From Clostridia bacterium (lineage in GTDB: Bacteria > Bacillota > Clostridia > UBA1381), in the NCBI GenBank assembly GCA_036307445.1, contig JAXJXP010000029.1, positions 580 through 64,579 on the forward strand: a DNA stretch of 64,000 bases. Direction: 5' to 3'. Positions 39,129 through 46,682 of this stretch are shown here, piece after piece (the stretch's first letter is position 1; each line of letters opens with the position of its first letter). Made by a program: the position numbers and the translations under genes. The notes below the pieces were generated by a model that saw only the letters and a program-made list of their open reading frames with translations, searched no databases and was not told where the DNA came from.

Positions 39129-40100
39129 TCAGTTAATATAAAGGATTTGTTCACCTGTTACGAGCGGATAACTTATCAATGCATCAGATTCAAGATTTTC
39201 TTTATTCATATCAACGGCAGAAATCCGGTGATTTTCATATGTTTTGTAATAATATATACCCTTGTCAAGATTACAGCAAGAAGAATACACAGTAATTTCA
39301 TATTTGCCATCAAGATATACACTGCCTCTTTGCTGTTCTACTGATGAAAGTATATGAAAGCATTGACTTATACTTTCTTTCTCACTAACACCTGACGTTG
39401 AGTTCAATTTAACAAAAGAAGCTCTTACAAACCTTGACGCAGATGATAAATCTCCAGGCAAACCAATCCCTCCCATACCATTGCTGTAAGGCTCAAGTGA
39501 AATACTTTCGCAAAAACGGTTATTAGCTTCATTGCTTGTAACATTAAGATAGTTATTAAGCCAAAACAACTGATATTTAAATGACGGGTTGTTAGTCAGT
39601 ATGCCAACAGGATTGTCGTAAACCTTCAGCCCACTTTTTTCCTGCTCAACTACTATCGACTTATTATTGTGACAAATCATCCAATGCAGTGGTGTTGGTA
39701 GTAATTCTTTACTGAAAGCTTCATTAGTTATTACAACATTCTCTATCAGTTCTTTTACCTCGGTCAAATTTTTGCATCTGCCAAGCACCCATGGTATAAA
39801 CTCAAATGAAGAAATATTGTCTTTACCATTAGTTATCTCTTTGTAGTCTGCATTATCAGGGAAATTAAGTCCTGCTATTCCAACACCTTTTTCATTAATA
39901 GCATCATAATATAAAGGATAGTCATTTACCACATATGCCATTCCGATAATTGCGTAATGATTTACCATCGTCTGATTATGCCTAAACTTTAGCGGAAAGT
40001 TTCTCGGTGTGATAGTAACAGTTTCATTATACGAGTACTCTAAATCAAGATTTCTTCCAAAATAGTTTTCTTCTGTTTTATAAGTAATAGCTGTACACAT
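39129..40100 (-). CDS. bsh: Choloylglycine (bile salt) hydrolase / linear amide C-N hydrolase, Ntn family
   Basis: The MCTAITY N-terminus carries the catalytic Cys2. FGRNLDLE and other conserved Ntn-hydrolase core features are present. 323 aa. Confidence 0.85.
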   Translation of the reverse strand: MCTAITYKTEENYFGRNLDLEYSYNETVTITPRNFPLKFRHNQTMVNHYAIIGMAYVVNDYPLYYDAINEKGVGIAGLNFPDNADYKEITNGKDNISSFEFIPWVLGRCKNLTEVKELIENVVITNEAFSKELLPTPLHWMICHNNKSIVVEQEKSGLKVYDNPVGILTNNPSFKYQLFWLNNYLNVTSNEANNRFCESISLEPYSNGMGGIGLPGDLSSASRFVRASFVKLNSTSGVSEKESISQCFHILSSVEQQRGSVYLDGKYEITVYSSCCNLDKGIYYYKTYENHRISAVDMNKENLESDALISYPLVTGEQILYIN

Positions 40101-40175
40101 ATTCTCTCCTCCATATTGTTAAATATATTATGTACAGTTATTTGTTTATTATATAAATCAGGTGTAGAAACAACA

Positions 40176-40232
40176 AAAAAAACTGAAAGACACCTTCGGT
40201 ATCTTTCAGTTTTTGGTACGCGATCAGGGGCT
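40176..40232. repeat. Direct repeat copy 1 (57 bp): terminator hairpin plus 19 nt of the tRNA-Lys 3' end
   Basis: AAAAAAACTGAAAGACACCTTCGGTATCTTTCAGTTTTTGGTACGCGATCAGGGGCT is identical to 40348-40404. Confidence 0.95.
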
Positions 40233-40347
40233 ACGACTCGGACTTTGTCCTCGCTTGTATGCTCCGCCTTTTCCAATCACACTTCGCTTCGCTCGTCTTC
40301 TTGGTGGCTCCGCGATCTCACCCTTCGGGTTCTCGCCCTTTCGCAAT

Positions 40348-40404
40348 AAAAAAACTGAAAGACACCTTCGGTATCTTTCAGTTTTTGGTACGCGATCAGG
40401 GGCT
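40348..40404. repeat. Direct repeat copy 2 (57 bp), overlapping the genuine tRNA-Lys 3' end and its terminator
   Basis: Perfect identity with 40176-40232, read directly from the sequence. Confidence 0.95.
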
Positions 40405-40461
40405 CGAACCCTGGACACCCTGATTAAGAGTCAGGTGCTCTACCAACTGAGCTAATCACGC
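40386..40461 (-). tRNA. tRNA-Lys (anticodon CUU), CCA encoded
   Basis: The minus strand reads GCGTGATTAGCTCAGTTGGTAGAGCACCTGACTCTTAATCAGGGTGTCCAGGGTTCGAGCCCCTGATCGCGTACCA. This is a 76-nt cloverleaf with anticodon loop CU-CUU-AA and T-loop TTCGAGC. The acceptor stem has G1-U72 and U4-G69 wobble pairs. Confidence 0.9.
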
Positions 40462-40591
40462 ATATCTCACTGACAACTTCTATATAATACCACATTTATT
40501 ATGTGTTGTCAACACTTTTTTATAACTTTTTTAAAAAAATTTCTTATTTTTTTGCGGTATGAGGATGTTTTTTCCTCATACCGCATAATTT

Positions 40592-42220
40592 TTAAATATT
40601 ACTTGCTCTTTCAAGAGCCTCATCAATATTAGAGCAGAAGTTTTCTGCACCAATTGTTTCATACATACCCGACTTGACAAATGCTTTCATCGGCTGCTCA
40701 TTTACGTGGGACATAATGAGTGTAATACCCTTTTTCTTACACGACTTAATAATTCTGTTAAAGCTATGAAGTCCTGTAGCGTCAATCGCAGGTACACTTC
40801 TCATTCTGACAATAACAGCGCCCTTTTTGGCATCATTTATAAGCTCTGCAATCTTGTCGGCAGCACCAAAGAAAAGCGGTCCTGTAATTTCGTAAACATA
40901 TGTATTCTCAGGAATTTTCTTAAATCTGATATCCCTTGCTTCTTCCTCGCTTATCCATCCGTGAACATCTGTTACATCAGCCATTCTCTTCATAAAGAGT
41001 ACGGTAGCAAGCACAAATCCAACAATAATCGCAACAACCAAGTCAAAGACAACTGTCAATATGAAGGTTACAACAAGCACAAATATATCACTCTTAGGCA
41101 TTGTCTTTACAATTGCTGCAAACTCACGCCACTCGCTCATATTATACGCAACAATAAATAATATTGCCGCAATAACCGGCATCGGAATAATCGACGCATA
41201 CGGCATCAGCGAAACAAGCACAACGAGCAATACAACAGCGTGCACCATACCCGCAATCGGTGTTCTACCGCCGTTTTTAATATTAGCAGCAGTTCTTGCA
41301 ATAGCACCTGTCGCAGGAATACCGCCGAAAAGTGCTGAACAAATATTACCTGCACCCTGTGCAACAAGCTCCATATTAGAGTTATGTCTGCTTCCTATCA
41401 TACCATCAGCAACCACACAAGATAGAAGCGACTCTACTGCAGCAAGAACAGCAATTGTGAACGCATCGGGAAGAACCGCCGTTACAGTACCAAGCGAAAT
41501 AGCAGGCATCGAAAATTTCGGCAACGCACTTGAAATCTGATATAAGTCTCCGATTGTGAGGACATTCAAATTACCGAGCTTTACAACAGCCGAACAGACA
41601 ACTATAGCAATAATTGACGGTGGTACCTTCTTAAGAAACTTTGGCACTACAATCATAATAGCAAGAGCCAAAAGTCCAATCAAGGCTGCCTGCCAGTTAA
41701 GTGTATCAATGGTGTTTACAACCTCAGCCGCCTTTTCCATAGTTTCTACAGGTGAGTGCGTAAAGGTAAGGCCTAAAAAGTCTTTTATCTGCCCTATCGC
41801 AATAGTAACTGCAATACCTGACGTAAAACCAACAGTAATAGTTCTCGGTATAAACTTTATAAGATTACCAAAGCCCAAAAATCCCATTACAATTAGTATT
41901 ATACCTGCCAGCACGGTTGCAACAATTAATCCATCAAATCCGTTTGCTGCAATAATTCCGGCTACTATCGATGCAAAAGCTGCCGTAGGACCTGCAATCT
42001 GGACACGGCTACCGCCTAAAAATGATATAACAAAGCCCGCAACTATTGCTGTATATAATCCCTGCTCAGGACCAACTCCCGATGCAAGTGCAAGTGCAAT
42101 AGATAAAGGCAGAGCAATTATTGCGACAATTATACCAGATATAATATCCTTTATACACTGTTCCTTTGAATATGTTTTCATACACGAAAACAGTTTGGGC
42201 TGTAATTTGTTTAATTTCAT
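40592..42220 (-). CDS. SulP family anion (sulfate/bicarbonate) permease with C-terminal STAS domain
   Basis: Polytopic SulP core with a STAS region (VYEITGPLFFGAADK ... RMRSVPAIDATG). Start set at MKLNKLQPK, after AAGGGGGA. The tracked ORF carries a 45-codon upstream extension. Confidence 0.88.
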   Translation of the reverse strand: MKLNKLQPKLFSCMKTYSKEQCIKDIISGIIVAIIALPLSIALALASGVGPEQGLYTAIVAGFVISFLGGSRVQIAGPTAAFASIVAGIIAANGFDGLIVATVLAGIILIVMGFLGFGNLIKFIPRTITVGFTSGIAVTIAIGQIKDFLGLTFTHSPVETMEKAAEVVNTIDTLNWQAALIGLLALAIMIVVPKFLKKVPPSIIAIVVCSAVVKLGNLNVLTIGDLYQISSALPKFSMPAISLGTVTAVLPDAFTIAVLAAVESLLSCVVADGMIGSRHNSNMELVAQGAGNICSALFGGIPATGAIARTAANIKNGGRTPIAGMVHAVVLLVVLVSLMPYASIIPMPVIAAILFIVAYNMSEWREFAAIVKTMPKSDIFVLVVTFILTVVFDLVVAIIVGFVLATVLFMKRMADVTDVHGWISEEEARDIRFKKIPENTYVYEITGPLFFGAADKIAELINDAKKGAVIVRMRSVPAIDATGLHSFNRIIKSCKKKGITLIMSHVNEQPMKAFVKSGMYETIGAENFCSNIDEALERASNI

Positions 42221-42344
42221 TATGTATATCCCCCTTTTCCAAAAATCAATTTTACCACCAAACATATGTAATGTCAAGGTTTGAAAGGTTAAAAAAACGT
42301 AGTGGTCGATGCCCACATCGACCGCTACAAACAATTTAGTATTT

Positions 42345-42470
42345 TTATTCTTCAATATTTTCTTCGTTCACAAACTTTTCTTCCATTTGAAGCTGTACAT
42401 TTCTCAACTCCTCAATCACGTCTGTTACCTTATTAAAAAGCTCAAGATACATTTCCTTGTAGTCTGCCAT
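42345..42470 (-). CDS. Small acidic hypothetical protein (41 aa)
   Basis: A strong SD (GAAAGGAGAAAC) lies 4 nt before the ATG. The product is MADYKEMYLELFNKVTDVIEELRNVQLQMEEKFVNEENIEE, predicted helical. No family recognised. Confidence 0.45.
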   Translation of the reverse strand: MADYKEMYLELFNKVTDVIEELRNVQLQMEEKFVNEENIEE

Positions 42471-42502
42471 AATGTTTCTCCTTTCAAAAAAGCACACACA
42501 AT

Positions 42503-42533
42503 TAAAAAAGCGTGGCACAAATCTGCACCACGC
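42503..42533 (-). terminator. Terminator/attenuator directly upstream of the 41-aa ORF
   Basis: The minus strand reads GCGTGG-tgcagatttgtg-CCACGC followed by TTTTTT. Confidence 0.65.
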
Positions 42534-42729
42534 CAAAAAACGAGGCTCAGATTAAATTCACCACAAATCTCATCCGAATACGACTGTTCCTTACATTCTA
42601 GTAACTAGCACATATTTTAGCCTACGTTTTTTACAAACACATTATGCTAATTACTAAAAAGCCACAAAAATAAGAACCTATTAAAAAATTAAGGAACATA
42701 AAAATCGTATAAGATTTGTGGTTGTTTAC

Positions 42730-42758
42730 ATTATAACACAGGAAATATCTTAAATCAA
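42730..42758 (-). promoter_or_regulatory. Sigma-A-type promoter (TTGATT-N17-TGtTATAAT) driving the long leader upstream of the 41-aa ORF and SulP
   Basis: Read on the minus strand. It has an extended -10 element and a 17-nt spacer. Confidence 0.5.
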
Positions 42759-42896
42759 CACAAAAATAGACACATTATAAAATTTTCATTAAATAATGTG
42801 TCATATTTTGTCGAAATATCATAGTGTGACGTTCACGAACGTCCCGCGATTAACGGACCGTCCAGGAGTCCGGTCCCTACAATTATTAAATTGATA

Positions 42897-43898
42897 TTAT
42901 TTATTAAGTGCTTCTTCAACTGCAACCGCAATAGCAACAGTCATACCAACCATCGGGTTGTTACCTGCGCCGATAAGTCCCATCATTTCAACGTGAGCGG
43001 GAACTGATGAAGAACCTGCAAACTGTGCGTCTGAGTGCATTCTTCCCATTGTATCTGTCATACCGTAAGAAGCCGGACCTGCAGCCATATTATCGGGGTG
43101 AAGTGTACGTCCTGTACCGCCGCCTGATGCAACTGAGAAGTACTTCTTACCCTGCTCGATACATTCCTTCTTGTATGTACCTGCAACAGGATGCTGGAAA
43201 CGTGTCGGGTTTGTTGAGTTACCTGTGATAGAAACGTCAACGCCCTCAAGATGCATTATTGCAACACCCTCACGAACATCGTCAGCACCGTAGCAACGAA
43301 CCTTTGCTCTCTCACCATTTGAGTATGCTGTTTCCTTAACTACTGAAACCTTACCTGTTGAATAGTCAAACTGTGTCTGAACATAGGTAAAGCCGTTAAT
43401 TCTTGAGATAATCTGAGCAGCATCCTTACCAAGACCGTTAAGAATAACTCTCAAATCTTCTTTTCTTGCTTTGTTAGCTGAACGTGCAAGACCGATAGCG
43501 CCCTCTGCAGCAGCAAATGACTCGTGACCTGCAAGGAATGCAAAGCACTTTGTTTCTTCTCTTAGAAGCATTGCGCCGAGGTTACCGTGGCCGATACCAA
43601 CCTTTCTGTCGTCAGCAACCGAGCCGGGGATACAGAAGGACTGAAGTCCCAAACCAATTTTCTCAGCAGCGTCAGCAGCCTTCTTGCAATTTTCCTTAAT
43701 AGCAATAGCTGCACCTACAGTGTAAGCCCAGCAAGCATTCTCGAAACAAATCGGCTGAATGCTCTTTACGATACCATAAGCATCTACTCCTGCGTCATCG
43801 CAGATTTTCTTAGCCTCTTCAATGGAGGAAATGCCGTGTTTAGCAAGCTCCGCATTGATTTGGTCTATTCTTCTTTCATAACTTTCAAACAGTGCCAT
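42897..43898 (-). CDS. GGGtGRT family protein (conserved, function unknown)
   Basis: 333 aa containing the family-defining SGGGTGRT motif (FSVASGGGTGRTLHPDN). Confidence 0.8.
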   Translation of the reverse strand: MALFESYERRIDQINAELAKHGISSIEEAKKICDDAGVDAYGIVKSIQPICFENACWAYTVGAAIAIKENCKKAADAAEKIGLGLQSFCIPGSVADDRKVGIGHGNLGAMLLREETKCFAFLAGHESFAAAEGAIGLARSANKARKEDLRVILNGLGKDAAQIISRINGFTYVQTQFDYSTGKVSVVKETAYSNGERAKVRCYGADDVREGVAIMHLEGVDVSITGNSTNPTRFQHPVAGTYKKECIEQGKKYFSVASGGGTGRTLHPDNMAAGPASYGMTDTMGRMHSDAQFAGSSSVPAHVEMMGLIGAGNNPMVGMTVAIAVAVEEALNK

Positions 43899-43912
43899 TA
43901 TGCGTTACCTCC

Positions 43913-44605
43913 TTATTCATGTCTGGGGTCTAAGAGCTTTGCAGCATCGTCAACCCTACCGTACTGACCGCTTGCCTTCTCGAGTGCCTCGTTTGCGTCC
44001 ATACCCTTAGCAATCATTTCCATCATCTTGCCGAGGTGAACAAACTTGTAGCCGATAATCTCGTCATTATCGTCAACAGCAATCTTTGTAATATAACCTT
44101 CAGCAAGCTCAAGGTAACGGGGACCCTTTTCAAGTGTTGCATATGTAGTACCAACCTGTGAACGAAGTCCTTTGCCAAGGTCTTCAAGTCCTGCACCGAT
44201 GGGCAGACCGTCCTCTGAGAATGCAGTCTGTGTACGACCGTAAACAATCTGAAGGAACAATTCTCTCATAGCTGTGTTGATAGCATCACATACAAGGTCT
44301 GTATTAAGTGCCTCTAAAAGTGTCTTTCCAATAAGAATTTCTGCAGCCATTGCAGCTGAGTGTGTCATACCTGAACATCCAACAGTCTCAACAAGAGCCT
44401 CCTGAATAACACCCTCTTTAACATTAAGTGTAAGCTTACATGTACCCTGCTGCGGTGCACACCAGCCTATACCGTGTGTAAGACCGGATATATCGCTGAT
44501 AACCTTTGCTTGTGTCCATCTTCCCTCCTGAGGGATGGGAGCCGGACCGTGATATGCGCCCTTTTTAAGCGGACACATTGCTTCGACTTCGCTTGAATAT
44601 TTCAT
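43913..44605 (-). CDS. NifU/IscU-like N-terminal-domain protein (putative Fe-S scaffold-like)
   Basis: IscU-like pattern: GWCAPQQGTCKLTLNVKEGVIQEALVETVGCSGMTHSAAMAAEILIGKTLLEA. It forms an operon with the GGGtGRT gene (14-nt gap). Confidence 0.6.
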   Translation of the reverse strand: MKYSSEVEAMCPLKKGAYHGPAPIPQEGRWTQAKVISDISGLTHGIGWCAPQQGTCKLTLNVKEGVIQEALVETVGCSGMTHSAAMAAEILIGKTLLEALNTDLVCDAINTAMRELFLQIVYGRTQTAFSEDGLPIGAGLEDLGKGLRSQVGTTYATLEKGPRYLELAEGYITKIAVDDNDEIIGYKFVHLGKMMEMIAKGMDANEALEKASGQYGRVDDAAKLLDPRHE

Positions 44606-44808
44606 TCAAATTCTCCTTTCGTTATATACATAGCAATCTTTAGACTTCTATGCAAATTCCTACATTGTTAATTATACCACAAATTTTCCAATAATCAATA
44701 CCTACGAAAAAAAATCGTAAATTACGACAATTTTTTTATAAATTTAGGCATATATTTTATTATATAATATTGTAAGAAAAATTTTATAAGATTTTTTTAA
44801 AAAAAGTA

Positions 44809-44836
44809 TTGACAACTCAATTATTTATGTTATAAT
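44809..44836 (+). promoter_or_regulatory. Sigma-A-type promoter of the fur-family operon (TTGACA-N16-TGtTATAAT)
   Basis: Read directly from the sequence: consensus -35 and an extended -10. Confidence 0.6.
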
Positions 44837-44847
44837 AAAATCATAAA

Positions 44848-44862
44848 TGATAATGATTATCA
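44848..44862. promoter_or_regulatory. Perfect 7-1-7 Fur box TGATAATGATTATCA
   Basis: Exact match to the B. subtilis-type Fur box consensus TGATAATnATTATCA. It lies 12 nt downstream of the -10, overlapping the expected transcription start. Confidence 0.75.
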
Positions 44863-44888
44863 TTTACGAATGCAAGGGAGGTGATGTG

Positions 44889-45278
44889 ATGAATAATCAC
44901 TCACGGCACTCCAGGCAAAGAGAGGCGATTCTCGCTCTTCTGCAGTCAACGAAGCTGCATCCGACGGCCGACTGGCTATTCTCAGAGCTAAAAAAAGATT
45001 TTCCCAACATAGGTCTGGCGACAATCTATAGGAATTTGAAGCTTTTTGAGGAACAGGGATTAGTTGTCAGAATAGATGTCGGCGACGGCTTCGACCACTA
45101 TGACGCAGATACCAGCGACCATTACCATTTCTTCTGCGACTCTTGCAGAAAGGTTATCGACCTTGATATGCCGCCGTTGCAATTTGACGAGGTAATCCCT
45201 GATGGGTTCTCTTCCGAGCATCATCAGTTGGTTTTCTTCGGCAAATGCAAAAATTGTAAACCAGAGCTATGCTCATAA
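44889..45278 (+). CDS. Fur family transcriptional regulator (Fur/PerR type)
   Basis: HPTADWL, HYHFFCDSCRKVIDL and a C-terminal CKNC. Start set at MNNHSRHSRQ, after GGGAGGTG. Confidence 0.85.
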   Translation: MNNHSRHSRQREAILALLQSTKLHPTADWLFSELKKDFPNIGLATIYRNLKLFEEQGLVVRIDVGDGFDHYDADTSDHYHFFCDSCRKVIDLDMPPLQFDEVIPDGFSSEHHQLVFFGKCKNCKPELCS

Positions 45279-45307
45279 AAAAATATTTAATTTTGGAGGA
45301 AAAGATT

Positions 45308-45892
45308 ATGAAAAAGTTTGTATGTCCTGTTTGCGGTTATGTTCACGAGGGTGATTCTGCACCCGAGAAATGTCCACTTTGCGGTGTTCCCGGTGCTAAG
45401 TTCACTGTTATGGAAGAGGGCGCTGCTCTAGCTGCCCAGCACGAGTACGGAGTTTACGGCAAGACTGTAAAGAACAACCCCGATATCAGCGATGAAGATA
45501 AGAAGTTTATATTTGACCAGCTTATGGCTAACTTCAATGGCGAGTGTGCAGAGGTAGGTATGTATCTCTGTATGGCAAGAATTGCTCACAGAGAGGGCTA
45601 TCCGGAAATCGGTCTTTACTGGGAAAAGGCAGCCTACGAAGAAGCAGAACACGCAGCTAAGTTTGCAGAGCTTTTAGGTGAGGATTTAGAGCCGAATATG
45701 AAGGCTACAACAAAGGATAATCTCAGATGGAGAGTTGACTGCGAATATGGTGCTACAAAGGGTAAGTTTGACCTCGCTGTTTGCGCTAAGAAAAACGGCT
45801 TGGATGCAATCCACGATACAGTTCACGAAATGGCAAGAGACGAAGCTCGTCACGGCAAAGGCTTAGAGGGACTTTTGAAGAGATATTTCTAA
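45308..45892 (+). CDS. rbr: Reverse rubrerythrin (N-terminal rubredoxin-like domain, C-terminal diiron ferritin-like domain)
   Basis: CPVCGYVHEG...CPLCG sits at the N-terminus, followed by ExxH diiron motifs (EEAEHAAKF, DEARHGKGL). Confidence 0.88.
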   Translation: MKKFVCPVCGYVHEGDSAPEKCPLCGVPGAKFTVMEEGAALAAQHEYGVYGKTVKNNPDISDEDKKFIFDQLMANFNGECAEVGMYLCMARIAHREGYPEIGLYWEKAAYEEAEHAAKFAELLGEDLEPNMKATTKDNLRWRVDCEYGATKGKFDLAVCAKKNGLDAIHDTVHEMARDEARHGKGLEGLLKRYF

Positions 45893-45948
45893 TTAAATAT
45901 ATTTGAGGCGGTTTATCAAAACCGCCTCAATCTAAATGAGGTGATTTT

Positions 45949-46461
45949 ATGTTAGATAAAAAGGTAGCAAAACTAATTAACGAACAAGTCAACAAAGAGC
46001 TATATTCTGCTTATTTATATCTTGATTTCTCGATTTTCTACGAGGCTCAAGGACTTGATGGTTTCTCAAACTGGTATATGATTCAGGCTCAAGAAGAAAG
46101 AGACCATGCAATGCTGTTTCTCAAATATCTGCAGAATAACGGCGAAAGTGTAACTTTAGATACCGTTGCAAAGCCTGATAAAGAATTGAAAATCCTTATG
46201 GATCCATTAAAATTCGGTTTTGAACACGAGCAGTATGTAACCAGCCTTATAAACGATATTTACGCTGCAGCATATGACGTTAAGGATTTCAGAACAATGC
46301 AGTTTTTGGACTGGTTCGTAAAAGAGCAGCTTGAAGAGGAAAAGAACGCAGATGATATGATTAAAAAGATGGAGCTTTTCGGCAACGATTCAAAAGGATT
46401 ATATTCTCTCGACAGCGAATATGCCGCAAGAATGTATACTCCACCTTCATTAGTGTTATAA
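45949..46461 (+). CDS. ftnA: Non-haem ferritin
   Basis: Ferroxidase residues in LINEQVNKELYSAYLYL and QAQEERDHAM. 170 aa. Confidence 0.9.
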   Translation: MLDKKVAKLINEQVNKELYSAYLYLDFSIFYEAQGLDGFSNWYMIQAQEERDHAMLFLKYLQNNGESVTLDTVAKPDKELKILMDPLKFGFEHEQYVTSLINDIYAAAYDVKDFRTMQFLDWFVKEQLEEEKNADDMIKKMELFGNDSKGLYSLDSEYAARMYTPPSLVL

Positions 46462-46485
46462 TTATATAAAAGGAGATGTTTATAT

Positions 46486-46641
46486 ATGAAAAAATATGTA
46501 TGTCCGTGCGGATATGTTTATGACCCCGAAAAGGGCGAGCCGGAAAACGGTATCGCAGCAGGTACTGCTTGGGAAGACGTCCCTGAAGGTTATGTTTGTC
46601 CCGTATGCGGTCTTGGCAAAGATGCCTTTGAAGAGGAATAA
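46486..46641 (+). CDS. Rubredoxin (51 aa; below the ORF-track size cutoff)
   Basis: Hand translation gives [51 protein letters not shown], with both CxxCG knuckles. AAGGAG lies 8-9 nt upstream. Confidence 0.9.
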   Translation: MKKYVCPCGYVYDPEKGEPENGIAAGTAWEDVPEGYVCPVCGLGKDAFEEE

Positions 46642-46646
46642 CGCAA

Positions 46647-46682
46647 AAGAACACTTCACATCAAGTGAAGTGTTCTTATTTT
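46647..46682. terminator. Bidirectional terminator between rubredoxin and pgm
   Basis: AAGAACACTTCAC-atcaa-GTGAAGTGTTCTT followed by a T-run. Confidence 0.75.

Noticed and set aside
40040-40455. Four overlapping 64-80-aa ORFs (both strands) across the tRNA-Lys / repeat region.
   Set aside because: They overlap a tRNA gene and terminator hairpins. They owe their similar peptide strings (..PDRVPKTERYRRCLSVF..) to the 57-bp DNA repeat, and they have no SD. They are artefacts of the repeat, not genes.
40592-42355. N-terminal extensions of several tracked ORFs, including SulP to 42355, alaS to 10178, Fur to 44847, rbr to 45269, ferredoxin to 51419 and rhaB to 62348.
   Set aside because: The extensions lack homology-like sequence. 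They run through promoters, operators or SD sequences. Internal Met codons with well-spaced SDs start exactly where family conservation begins.
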